A stretch of 64,000 nt of DNA from Eledone cirrhosa (Eukaryota): NCBI GenBank assembly GCA_964016885.1, contig OZ024743.1:20646001-20710000 (forward strand), given 5' to 3'. Below are positions 63,931 to 64,000 of this stretch, piece after piece. The stretch's first letter is position 1, and each line of letters begins with the position of its first letter. A program made the position numbers and the translations under genes. The notes below the pieces were generated by a model. It did not search any database. It saw only the letters and a list, made by a program, of their open reading frames with translations, and was not told where the DNA came from.

Positions 63931-64000
63931 GAATTAAATTTTTGATAGGTATTGTTGTTGATGTTTAGCCTCAGGTCATCTCTGACTGAACAGACCTAGA

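Overview
AT-rich, microsatellite-dense eukaryotic DNA. The SINE and RTE repertoire suggests an octopus/cephalopod (inference). The window is mostly intronic to a + strand gene: one clear coding exon (17310-17532), two frame-preserving microexon candidates and a possible promoter/first exon near 2.2-2.5 kb. It also holds three head-to-tail RTE LINEs with a PHD-like zinc finger (47.6-57.8 kb), a fossil two-LTR Gypsy element with nested insertions (19.95-25.2 kb), several DNA-transposon derivatives and many tRNA-SINEs. The main unannotated signal is a set of hammerhead-ribozyme (HHR) fold-back elements sitting in (TA)n tracts. The best is a tandem-plus-inverted array of a ~320-nt unit at 8241-9500 that looks like a non-LTR retrozyme. 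It carries a type I HHR with a covariant U3-A8 core (TTGATAA), and its inversion breakpoint overlaps the predicted self-cleavage site. Others are a palindrome with two mirror HHRs (1036-1276) and a half-HHR palindrome (499-615). All calls are by eye; no database search was run.
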